Shown one piece after another: positions 52,231-64,000 of a stretch of 64,000 nucleotides of DNA. Below the pieces are notes generated by a model, which saw nothing but the letters and a program-made list of their open reading frames with translations, was not told the origin of the DNA and searched no databases. The first letter of the stretch is position 1, and each line of letters starts with the position of its first letter. The stretch is from assembly GCF_006345805.1 (NCBI RefSeq), contig NC_043004.1:31310001-31374000 (forward strand), in the 5' to 3' direction. The translations under genes were made by a program, and so were the position numbers. Source of the DNA: Octopus sinensis. Lineage: Eukaryota.

Positions 52231-52959
52231 GGGTAATATGGTTATGGCTGCAATGCTTTTGATAATGAGTCTACTGGACCATGACTAGTCTCGAGCTATA
52301 AACATCATCAATAATTCAAAGAGAAGCTATAGTTGTTTATGTGCAGGTATGGTTATGTGGTTAAGAATTCGTCTTTGCTGATGGCAACATGACCTGGGCG
52401 GAGGTGAACAGGAGAGTGGGTGAGGAAGGAGAGAACCAAGGCAAAAGATTTATAGGAAGAGAGATTATGATAGGATAAACAGAGGTAGAGATGCGAGGTT
52501 GACAGAGGAGATAGTAATAGTAAGGGGAAAGAATAGAAAAAAAAAATGAGTGTTGTGGTTGTGGGAGAGAGAGAGAGGAGGCGAGGGTGATTGAAGAGGA
52601 AGTACTGGAAGTGAGGTTTGTCAGTAATGGGTAATGAAAGTAATAATGTGAGAAAGTGATGGTTAACCATAAAGATTTGGAATGGTAAAGTAGGGAGTAA
52701 GTGATGGACGTCAGTGTGTGTTGTAAGGGAAAGTCATAGAGATTGCTAGTACTAAAGAAGGCTGATTGATGATAGTAGAGTCTGAATACAAATAGATCCT
52801 ATGGTGTCCTTCAATATGCAGGTAGCATGATGAGGAAAATGTAGTATGATAAAAAGGTTTTGGTAGTGTTCGATATAGACAGATCTAAATCTCAACTTCC
52901 ACCATTCTAACATCCATTTTGCTATACCAGCACACATTAGCAGGTCTTTTTTCCAACAC

Positions 52960-54750
52960 AACACCATTTGTTGTGATCCTTGGTCTCCTTTATGAGGCTC
53001 ATCGTCTTGAGACCAGTCATCAACTTATGTCTTAAGTTTCCTTCTACTTTGAGTACTTCACACTTCTTTACATTACTGACACTACATCTGTTTTCTCTTA
53101 TATCCAGTTCAATTGTTTACGGGTATTCATACATCTTAACATTACATATCCCAAACTCTCTGGCCATCTCAAATCTTGTACAGCTAAGAAAACCTCCTCG
53201 AGGAATGTGAAGACGCAGGCTGGAAAGCGGAACATTTTCCTATCGAAGTCGGATGTAGAGGGTTTGTAGGACACAGCGTGAGACGACTGTTGTTATCGTT
53301 AGGCCTAACTCATCGTAAAGTCAATACCACCATGACTGATATCCAATCTACAGTGGAGAAGGCTAGCCACTGGATTTGGTTAAAAAGAAACGATGAGCGA
53401 TGGCTAGAAGTATATTGAGTTCTTCATAACCAGCTGATCTAGCAAGCGGGGCATCATATCAGTGAGGGGGGCCGGTGCGCATTGATGCCGTCGAGAGGTA
53501 GGCCCCGAAACGGCGCGCATTCTCTCCTGATGACCCCATACACTTGCTAGCTTCCGATATAACTGGTAGCACTTGCATGTGCAAGTTGTTTGCAAGACAT
53601 GTCTCACTATGGTACAGTTTCACACTTCATACAAAAAACATCATAAAATTTGTCCTTCACCCTAAGAGGGGGAAACACTTTGTTACCAATGAAAGTAATA
53701 GCTCCCTGGACTTCTTACAGCCCATTCTTATTCTGCTTTCCAAACTTCTACATCTACACTAATTGCATCATCTAGCTAAGAAAAACTAGCAACAATTTCA
53801 AGGGAAGCTTCCAAGTATTTCAATGAATGTTTCTTGAGTACTCTCATTGTTCCCATGCTACTATCTCATACAAAGCCTCTTCTGCATTCAAAGTTTATAC
53901 TGGGCCCACCATCTGGAAATTTACCTGTCTCTTTTCTACATATCAAACGAGTATTTCCCTGTCCTCTTGATTCTAGGTTTTGCTCCCATGTCTAGAATTT
54001 TTCCTCCAAATCTGCTTTAGATTCATCTATAAGAATAGATCACCACCATTCATGAGTTCTTTATGGTAACCAGACTTAAACTCTGTGGGCTTTATTGGAG
54101 GGCTGTAATAAACAGTAGGGGAATGAGGACTAAATCCTAGTTTACCTCTCCCTGCTCATTTAATTTGTCACTGAACTCATTACTAACTTTTCCTTGCTGA
54201 TGGCACTGTTGTACTTGGTTTGTACAGTCGTAAAAAAAACATTCTCCTATTAGTTTCCTTAGTAACAACCAAACTACAGTATGTGAAACTCTGTTAGTGA
54301 CCCTCTCCAGGTTCAAGCATACTAACAAAAAGCCAAACCACATCTCATCGATGTTAATTTTCTTTCTCACCTGTTGTGCAACAACTTTTTCTATTACGTG
54401 GTCCATCAATTTGACACCTCTGTAGTCGCTTCTTTCTCAAGCAGCTTTTACTTATGTAGCAATTGACAATGATACTGCTACATTAGCCATTTAGTATGAT
54501 ACTTTGCTCAAAGCACTAGATATATTAAACATCTCAGGAACTATCCCTCATAGTCCAGCAGTTTTCTCAGCCTTTACGTTCTTAATCATGACTTTGACCT
54601 ACAGCGATCATCAATGCAATACAAATACTGTGTGTGTCCCTGTTTTTGAATAACCATACCATATCCCTGCATTTAAGAGAACACTAAAAGGGCTTGGTAA
54701 CATGAAGACAATCCAGGAGCCTTTAAACTTTTATCTTTCATGCTGGCACA
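52960..54750 (-). mobile_element. Old, heavily decayed RTE-clade LINE (RT region), interrupted by the 53.2-53.55 kb element
   Basis: DHVIEKVVAQQVRKKINIDEMWFGF, degraded YADD region, 3' region near 52990-53190. Confidence 0.65.
53195..53555 (+). mobile_element. HERO/NeSL-like REL LINE 3' end with a structured 3' UTR
   Basis: EECEDAGWKAEHFPIEVGCRGFVGHSVRRLL...EKASHWIWLKR, stop at 53416-53418; open, CpG-rich, apparently young. Confidence 0.75.
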
Positions 54751-54799
54751 CAACATACTAGGTGCATTCCAGATGTTTTGAAACTTTTTCAGGGGACAT

Positions 54800-55910
54800 T
54801 AATTTCAAAACAGTACAAAACTCTAATCTCCTTCAAAATAAGATCCTCTGACTTCTATGCACTTGTTGGAGTGCTCCAGCCACTGAAAACCCCATGGAAG
54901 TCTTCCAAAGTGAAAGTGTCCAGGACTCTTGTCACAGCCTCCTTCATCTTAACATCTTCCAAATGACTGTCCCTGAGGTTCTTCAGTTTAGGGACAACCA
55001 AAAGTCACAGTGAGCAAGGCCTGAATTGTAGGGAGAGTGAGGGACAGTTTTGATACTCGTCTGTAGTTGGTAACCAGGATAGAATTGTGGACTAGTGCAT
55101 TGTCCTGATCCTGGTGCAGGTGCCACTGACTCCAGTCTAAAAGCTCTAGCCTGTTGCATTGAAATCTCTTCCCCCTCAAAACTTCCACAAAGTACTTTTT
55201 GTTGACCTTTTGGCCAGAGGGAACCCAATGAATGTAGATGATGTCTTTGCTATCAAAAGAGGAGATTATCCTGAGCTTCCTGGTAGACTTGCTCTACCTG
55301 CCCTTCTTGGGTCTAGGGGAGTTGGGATGTTTTTATTGGGCACTCTGGATCATTACAGTAGATCCCTCTTTCATCACAAAACACCAGAGACTCAAGTGCT
55401 CTTGGATTGGAGGAAATGAGCCCAACCCATCTTTCTGTCTGTTCATTTCTGAGCACCCTGGGAACAAAACTTTGCACAAATTTTGTGGTTGTTCAGATTT
55501 TCATGAATAATTGCCACACCAACTCCAAACTGTATGCTTATTGTCTTTATAGATAGCATGTCTTTATAGATAGCATCCTGAAAATTGCAAATTTTCTCCA
55601 CCAGTTCTGATGTCCCTCACTCTCCCACACCCCTCTTCTTACCTCCTCTCTACAGTCTTTCAACCTCCTGTGTCAGCATAAAACAGATGCTCAGCTCATA
55701 CAGGTTAATCCATAAGTATTCAGGAGCATTTCATAAGTTTCTGTAGTGTTTTTGCCCAGTTTAACACCCCACTTAATTGCAAGCTTCCAAATTGTCTTCA
55801 CACCTCAACAGCATTCTGCAAACTAGTCAGTTATGACAAGCAGTGTTTGGTAGAGTGTGTTCGAAGTGCTGTTACAGCCATCTCCTTCAATCTGGAATAA
55901 CAAAAGTTGG
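54800..55910 (-). mobile_element. Decayed mariner (DD34D) transposon
   Basis: KLGKNTTETYEML, KFVPRVL (WVPHEL-equivalent), HQDQDNALVH, PHSPYNSGLAHCDFWL; TIRs not clearly resolved. Confidence 0.8.
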
Positions 55911-56089
55911 CTGGTCAGCTTATTAGATGTATAGTAATGCTATACTAAAATTACAATAATCTAGGACAGGTATAACTGCTTCTCATAAAAAAAAGTCTCA
56001 AAACTACACACACACACTCATATATACATATATGCATATAAACATATGACTTAATATATCCACTTATGTGTACCTTTCCTTCATTGGAC

Positions 56090-56620
56090 ACTAAACTCTG
56101 CTGGTGAAGACCTGTTGAGGCAAGTGAAATCAAAATCAAATCAAATTCACAAATTTGATGACTGGCACCTGTGCCAGTGGAGCACTGAGAGAACCATCTG
56201 AGCATGATCGCTGACAGAGCAGCTGACTGGTTTCCGTGCCATTGGCACATAAAAAGTACCATTCAAACATGATCGTTACTAGCGTCGCCTTACTGGCACT
56301 TGTGCTGGTGGCATATGAAAAACATTCAAGCGAGGTCATTACCAGTGCTGCCGGACTGGCTCCTGTGCAGGTGGCACATAAAAAACACCACTTGGGCATG
56401 GCCGTTGCCAGTACCATCTGACTGGCCCTCGTGTCAGTGCCACATAAAAGCACCCACTACGCTCTCAAAATGGTTGGCGTTAGAAAAGGCATCCAGCTGT
56501 AGAAACTCTGCCAGATCAGATTGGAGCCTGGTGCAGCCATCTGGTTCGCCAGTCCTCAGTCAAATCGTTCAACCCATGCCAGCATGGAAAGTGGACGTTA
56601 AACGATGATGATGATGATGA
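56090..56620 (+). mobile_element. RTE 3'-UTR-derived repeat with internal tandem units and a (GAT)n tail
   Basis: Same 3' UTR as 18170-18535; repeated ctgactggc...ggcacataaaaag units. Confidence 0.8.
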
Positions 56621-57539
56621 TAATGACTTATGCAGTGTCTTGGGTGTTTTTGTCATGGTATTATTGCTAGAAAGGTTGTCATGTCCTTGTCAGGTCAAGA
56701 TTAAAGCGTCCACTGAACCCCACATTTTCTCTGCATGTTCTACAACCACTTTGACAAGATTGTACAGGGTGCATCTTGTTAGAGTGTTAGCATCAAGAAA
56801 GTTGCCTTGTACTTCACAAGACAAAAGGGGTCATTGATGCTTAGTGTTGTCACTATTTGTTCTGGGTAAAGTTAAATAGAGATGATAGAAGAGAAAGTGA
56901 TTCAAGAAAATTAAGGTGGGATGGGTGTGCAGGAGGAAACATAGTGACTGGGATGACTGAATGGAAGCTAAGAAGAGAGAGGTGACAGCATGGGATAGGA
57001 AGGTGAAATGGGAGAGATTAACGGCTGAGGGTAATGAGTGAGAGAGTGATGCATAGATGAGAAAATCATTAGAGATATGAGAGTGTGATGGATTTCAATA
57101 ATGCATGACTTGGGAGAAGAAAGAGGGGAGGGGTGGTGGTCAGAAATATTGTGAGAGTGGTGTTTGTTGGTGAGGGAGAGCTTAAGTGACAGGGAGTTTA
57201 GATAATGATGGCAAGAGTCTGATGTCAGTAAATATATTGGATACCAACAGATCTAATGCTGTTCTTCATTATCAGAGAGCTGATGAGGTATGGATTTACA
57301 TAGGGAGGATTTGTATATGAATAAATCTCAAGTTGCCCTTATTAAACAAGTGACAATTTGCAGTGAACAAGAGAGTGAGTAATAGTTGAGAATCTGCTGA
57401 AGATACGAAAGGAGACAGCAAATGAAGATTTTATAGGTACAAAATAGACAAACAGTCCAAATGCAAATATATATTCCCACCTCCATTACTATCTAAATTT
57501 CATCATAAATTTTGCCATGTTTGCATGGGTGGTTGGACA

Positions 57540-58070
57540 ATTTCAGCAATCACCATGGTCGTTTTTTACTTTGTGAAATGCATCATCTTGAGAGTGGTGT
57601 TTGTCACTGTCCCAAGTCCTCAGCCACTTATCCAGTTTGTTGTAGCCCTCTGCATGTTGTTCCATAGGAACTCCCAGTTGTCTGCCAAATTGCTTTGTAT
57701 CTCTGAGTCTATGTAGTTAATACTGTAAAGTTGGGTAGTACTTTCTTCATTTGAGAAAGACAGTATTTGCAGCCATCTATATTTCAATTATTCTGGTGAA
57801 TGAAATCTCTCTACTTGTTTCACCTTTGTAGGTGGCCAAGTATCTGGCTGGTTTCTTGAAGTTAGTGTTGGAAATTGTCGAGTCATAGTGTCACAGTACT
57901 CTGTGACATGCTCCTTGAATCAAAACCATAGCCTCCATGGAATCCATTTGGATGCTGCCCAACTTATCTATTGAAGTCACCAGCCATGATAATAATTAGG
58001 TCATTGCCATTTGTCTATGAGGTAGTCTACATGATGGTCTCATATAATTGGTTCTTCTGTTCATATATCA
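57540..58070 (-). mobile_element. RTE-clade LINE endonuclease fragment
   Basis: DLIIIMAGDFN..VGQHPNGFHGGYGF motif. Confidence 0.7.
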
Positions 58071-58189
58071 GTTTAGACTGTGAAGTTTATGCAAAGTTAA
58101 AAGTTGTACTATTCAAGACTAGTATAAGCTTAATTATTCTATCATACACTCCAACTTGATTACTTTAACTACCCCTTTCTCTACTAGTA

Positions 58190-59473
58190 TTAGGTTGTTC
58201 CTAAAATAATGGCCAATTTCAAAAACACTATTTTACTCTGGAAAAATTAACAATAGAAATGTTTTGATTAGTCAAAGTATGAGCCATGAACATCTATGCA
58301 TTTCTGCCATCAATCAGCAAGATTATTTATGCCTTGTTGGTAAAATCTTATTGGCTTTGATGCTAAGAAATCTTTTAAAACTGATTCCACCTCTGGTTTA
58401 GACCTGAAAGTTTTATCATTTAAAAACTTGTTTAAATGCTTTAAAAGATGGTAGTCAGTGAGTGAACAATTAGGAGAATATCGAGGATGTGGTAAAGTAT
58501 TGTATCCCAAGTCTGTGAGTTTCTGCAGTGTCATTCTTGCAACATGTAGTTTGCATTATCATGGAGCAGAATTGGGCCATTCCGATTCACCAATGCAGGT
58601 CGCATTTTTCACAAGTGAGCATGCATTTCAGTGAGTTGATTGCAGTAAACCTCTGTTGTAATGCTCTGATTAGCTTCTAGAAAGCTGTAATAGATAACAC
58701 CAATTGCAGACCACTAGACAGTCATCATAATCTTTTGCTGATGCAACTTTGGCTTTGGGAAATGTTTGGGGGACTCATCACGATCAAGCCATTGACCTGA
58801 TTGTTTATGGTTATCATAAAGGATCTACTTTTTATCACAAGTCACTATTCGGTCAAGAAAAGGATCATTGCCATTTCACCGAAAGAGCATCAAGCACACT
58901 TCAAAATGCCAAACTTTTTAATTTTCATTGAGCTCATGCAGTACCCATTTTTCAAGCTTTTTCATCTTACCAATCTTCTGCAGACTGCGTGAGACCATTG
59001 CAATACCAACACCAAGTGCTTGAGATATTTCTCTGACACTTCGACATGGGTTTTGTTCAACAGTTGCTTTCAATTTTTCATTGTCAAGACTGCATGACCG
59101 TCCTCTACCTTCTTCATCTTCAAGGCTCTCGTCACCACTATGAAATTTCTGAAACCACCTTCGTACTGTGCAATCACTTTTGGACCCTTCTCCCCATGCT
59201 CTGTTGATATTGACAGCAGTTTGGGAGGAACTGAGCCCAAGCTTCAACTCCTGCAAGAAAAGTAAGCAAAGGTCCTTTTTTTGTCATGTTCATAATTAAA
59301 GGCACCTATACTTCAAGAATGTTTTCTGTCTGAAATAAGTAGAAAATTATTAAAAAGCATACATCAATTATTAAGTATGTCAAAATTCACCTAAAATATA
59401 ATTAAAATACTATGATAAAATTGCATTTCAAAACATAACACTTAGAGCGGCCATTATTTTTGGAACAACCTAA
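58190..59473 (-). mobile_element. Full-length (1284 bp) Hsmar1/SETMAR-like mariner; transposase inactivated
   Basis: TIRs ttaggttgttcctaaaataatggcc / ggccattatttttggaacaacctaa (1 mismatch) with TA on both sides; VRRWFQKFHSGDESLEDEEGRGR, KWVLHEL, PHPRYSPNCSLTDYHL. Confidence 0.95.
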
Positions 59474-59884
59474 TAATATGAACATACTATTGGCAGAGAG
59501 TGGGGCACTGTTACTGCTGCCTACCCAGAAAAATTTGTACCCTTGTTCTTTGTCCATAAGAGGTTAGATGACAAAGCTCCTCACCATCTAACTTATTATA
59601 CACTACATACATCTAAGTATGTTCTATTACCCCAACAATCACCCTGGACCTTCCTTTCTTTACACCTAAATTAACCATGGTGGTTGTAAAGTTTTGGACA
59701 TGCACAATAAACATGTTTTCTATAATAATAACTAGCCTTGTACTTAACTACATCAATACTCACTGATATTTTAACTAATTAGATCCACTTACTTACTTTT
59801 GGCCACTCACTTTACACACTGTTTAAAACATCATTGAAAATATATATTATAGGTGGTGAGGGTGGTAGCTGCTGCTGCTGTTTA

Positions 59885-60280
59885 TTTGTTTGTTTGTTGA
59901 GCGAAGCGGTCTTCGTCCCAGAGCTCACAAGATCGCGCCTCTGTAGTGGGAGAAGTCCGAAACGTGGTCCTTTGCTATTCGTAAGACCCACAGAAGAGAA
60001 AGCAGGTCAACCCCCGACACCGAGAGCATTGACGGATGGATGAATGCGCATTCAGGCTCAGCAGTTGCATAGGAAGTTGGGGACAAGAAACAGGAAGAAA
60101 GAGTGAGAGAAGGTTGGAGCGAAAGAGTACAACAGGGGTCACCACCACCCTCTGCCGGAGCCTCGTGGAGCTTTAGGTGTTTTCGCTCAATAAACACTCA
60201 CAACGCCCAGTCTGGGAATCGAAACCGCGATCCTCCGACCATGAGTCCACTGCCCTAACCATTGGGCCATTGGGCCTCCA
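59885..60280 (-). mobile_element. tRNA-derived SINE family C2
   Basis: Reverse complement matches 31381-31760. Confidence 0.85.
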
Positions 60281-60676
60281 CTACTGCTGTTATATAAACC
60301 TAGGTCACTTCTGAAGGAGCAGTCTTCTTGTATGTGGGTACTTGACTGAACAGCTAGAAATGATCTGGTTTTTTTTCCAGTTTTTCCCAGTTATACTATA
60401 TCTCTACCCTAATGTGAACTATACTGAACTCTGCAATATGCAGTGATGGATTGTGTAAAATACAGTTTGGACATATCACAAACCCCCTCACTATCCACTT
60501 CTGCCTGTCTGTAGATTTCAATGGTAGCAGGGTTCACATCTGGTCATTTCTCCCTTTTTGGATACATTTTACCATACCACAAACACTAGAGACATCAGTT
60601 ACAATAAGACTAAACTGTCCCCTCAACAATGCATTAAGTTTTTTTTTCTTCCCAGAATCCAAATAGAACCCTTTTA

Positions 60677-60897
60677 TATTACATACAGAGGCAACCATTA
60701 GTATTCCCAGTAGCTTTACATTGCTATTAAGAATTCATTGATAGTTAAAACACCTCCTTTATATTGTAAAGAGGTACTGTTTATTTTTCATCTTTGGTAC
60801 CTCTTTACAATATAAAGGAGGTGTTTTAACTATCAATGAATTCTTAATAGCAATGTAAAGCTACTGGGAATACTAATGGTTGTCTCTGTATGTAATA
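60677..60897. repeat. Long near-perfect inverted repeat: 101-bp arms, 19-nt loop
   Basis: 60677-60777 is the reverse complement of 60797-60897 except for G60691/T60883. Confidence 0.95.
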
Positions 60898-63204
60898 ACT
60901 AGTTAGTTATAACTACCAAAGAAGCTGACAGTAACAATCTTTAAGTGTCACTGAGTGGTCACCTTAACTTTTGAGAAACTTAAAAGAGTCCTCTTAAAGC
61001 AAAAGTTATAAAACATAGCTATGTAACAATACAATATAATTATAAAATAAGTTTTCCCTCTTCCAAATAGCTGAGAAGTAATTTATGTAAACCTTGAAAA
61101 TAAGTACGATATTTGTAAAAGCGATAGTTAATCGTCAATTATGTTTTGAATTAATATTTTGATTGATACAGATTCAGTCAGTGAATTACTAAGTTTATTC
61201 ATCGAAATAACTAAAAGAGCAGTTTTCTGCTGGTCACTAAATTTTTACATATTTGATTCCCAATTTGCATAATTTTTCTGGGATGTTTAATTTTCCTTTT
61301 TATCCTTTATTAGTACTCACTTGCTCGATAAATGAATTTAAAATTATACCTAATAGTATTAGAATTTATGAAGAAATCAGGTGTTATATTACTTTAACTT
61401 AGCCAAGTTAATTTCTCTCTTTTAAACAAATTCAAAGGTAACCCATCCTCTGCATGGTATTTTAGTATTCTAGAAATAGCAGTGATCATTTGGGTATATT
61501 CTAAGGTTTATAGCATACCAAATAACCTAACCAACAAATTTTCCTCTGGTTTTTTTTTTTTTGTATCTTCAGCTACCTCAGGGAAATTTCATAATCCAGA
61601 AGGGAAAGGGTGGAATAGTCCTCGAATATAATTTTTTGTTTGCAACACCTTTGTAATCTACATCATCAGAATGTGAAAGTTATAAGGAAACAAAGTTTAG
61701 GCATGTAGTTTATCTGAAACTCCTCCATCTTTGAAAAATTTTTCAGAAATAATTCCAATATAATCATAATCTACACTGAGAGGTATTTGTAAAAAATTTC
61801 ATTAGAAAATATCCATTTTTCAGAAAGTTATGAGGAAACAAAGTCAGGGGATAGGGAAAATACTTTGGGAGAAAGGAAATTAGGCAAGCTTATATTTTGT
61901 ACAATTGACATAAATAAATTAAAACTACTTTTCTTCTTCGGCTTTCTATTTCTTCAAAAACACCCAACAAATATATGAAAGGATATTGGAATTAGCATAA
62001 TTTGGTTAATGTTGGATTAAACTTATAATTTGGAGAAATGGTTTTACTGTTATGTCTGTAGATAGTAGCACAATGAAGTGTATGTGAAAGAGAAAGAAGA
62101 ATGAGAGAGAACGCTATTCTGCAATTTTAAAAATTAATGCTAACTCACAATGAATTAAAATTAATTTTCTGCTATTGAAATCTTCAGTAGTAAAAAATTC
62201 TTGAAAATCACATTTTGATAAAAAAAAAAAATATACTAAAATTAGAATTTTCACCCATTTTCTAGACAGTGTAGACTTTAATAATTGCTTTCTTTTAGTA
62301 AAATGACATACTCCCAACAAATTAAGCAGCTTTCTTCGTTAGATATAAATTGTAATTTAACAAATGGTTAGTCGTTGTTGCATAAGCTTTGATAAAAATG
62401 ATCAAACCATATGGTCAAAAATGATCCAACCATAACAAGCCATATTTCTGGACATATATTATCTGAGATTACCTTATTTGTTTTTTTTTTCTTCTTTTTC
62501 TTTCAATAGATTGCGATTTGAGGAAGATTTGAATTTTAGTCTTTTTTTTTTTTTTTTTTCCCATTGCAAGTCAAGTCACCATATAGAAGTCCCTAATCCA
62601 ATACATCAGTTAATTATAAGATCTAATTTAAAACAGTTTGTGTGTGTGTTGAATGAGAATATATAAAGATATATTTGCAATAAAAACTGAAATTGTGGAA
62701 AGCCATGGATGCTAGCTAAAAACGCAATAATGTCTGCTAGTAACTGAATTCAACTGAAGTTATCATCTGAAATATTATCTGAAAAGTTGCAACTTTAAAA
62801 TACTAACATATTTTGTATTGCATATTTTTCTTCTCTGCATTATACCACTAAGAATAATTAATACTTTTTAATTTCAGCAAAATATTTATTCACATTTTAA
62901 TTAACCTTTTAAATTTATTTATTTCAAGGGACACACTTTAATTTTAACAAAATTATTACAATTTAACTCTCCACTCTGTTCTTGGCATGTTCTGTATGTA
63001 TAAATAATATACATTCTTTTTTTAGGCCTTGCTGTCACCATCGGAGAGAAGTGGGGTATATATAAATATGTTTATATAATCTTTGACATATTTAAATTGC
63101 CTTTTCTTTTTTTGCATGGGTTTAAAGTTGTGTTTTAACACGCTGCGAGTCAGTGTTTCAGGTTTCCATTAGTTGGAAACTATCCCTGTCTTGCACAGTT
63201 TATA

Positions 63205-63208
63205 TAAG

Positions 63209-63264
<56 letters not shown>

Positions 63265-63319
63265 GTATATATATATATTGTATATATATATATGTATATA
63301 TATATATGTATATATATAG

Positions 63320-63354
<35 letters not shown>

Positions 63355-63355
63355 G

Positions 63356-63452
<97 letters not shown>

Positions 63453-63505
63453 GTATATATATATATGTATATATATATATGTATATATATATATATGTAT
63501 ATATG

Positions 63506-63578
<73 letters not shown>

Positions 63579-63761
63579 GTATATATATATATTATATATA
63601 TATATGTATATATATATATATGTATATATATATATGTATATATATATATATGTATATATATATATGTATATATATATATGTATATATATATATGTATATA
63701 TATATATGTATATATATATATGTATATATATATGTATATATATATATGTAATATATATATG

Positions 63762-63793
<32 letters not shown>

Positions 63794-63798
63794 TATAT
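63205..63798. repeat. ~600-bp (TA)n array punctuated by TG
   Basis: Directly visible; source of the Y/I/M/C-only ORFs. Confidence 0.97.
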
Positions 63799-64000
63799 AG
63801 TGTTGCTTGTAACTTTTTCCTCTTTTTATAGCATTCTGCTATTTCTTAAAATGGCATATTTTTTTCTTAAAATTTCTATTCAAAATTAGTTGTAATTTTC
63901 ACAAATAATTATGTAAATGAAATAAGTAATCTTTTAATTTTTAGTTGAGCAAATACTTTGCTAAACTGCATGCTAAAACATAAGGGTTTTAACTGTGTTG

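Noticed and set aside
63153-63831. Y/I/M-rich ORFs up to 215 aa
   Set aside because: Translation of the (TA)n array.

Overview
Eukaryotic, AT-rich, microsatellite-saturated DNA. The SINE/RTE repeat landscape most resembles an octopod cephalopod (Octopus-like); this is an inference from repeat families I recognise. I found no intact protein-coding gene, rRNA, tRNA or CRISPR array. Nearly all long ORFs in the supplied track are translations of (CA)n/(TA)n/(TATG)n repeats. The window is a transposon graveyard: many tRNA-derived SINEs and RTE-clade LINE pieces, a near-full-length decayed R4/Dong LINE, CRE-like and HERO-like restriction-enzyme-like (REL) endonuclease LINE 3' ends, the 5' half of an L1/Tx1 LINE, an internally deleted Ty3/Gypsy element with its 3' LTR, two mariners, a DD37D (maT)-like element and Penelope-like termini. 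Host-derived sequence includes a disrupted, intronless VMA21 copy, a CpG/ETS-rich promoter-like patch near 51.8-52.2 kb and a few unconfirmed exon candidates. The most interesting signals are structural: (1) a 101-bp-armed, almost perfect hairpin at 60677-60897; (2) minimal hammerhead-ribozyme motifs in Penelope-like ends (23.1, 38.7, 42.3 kb); (3) a pseudoknotted fold carrying all hammerhead core motifs in the HERO-like LINE 3' UTR (53.44-53.55 kb); (4) an ~870-bp non-repeat-like segment apparently copied from 3.7 kb away into an RTE LINE with microhomology at both junctions. Element boundaries are approximate unless TIRs, TSDs or LTR ends are quoted.
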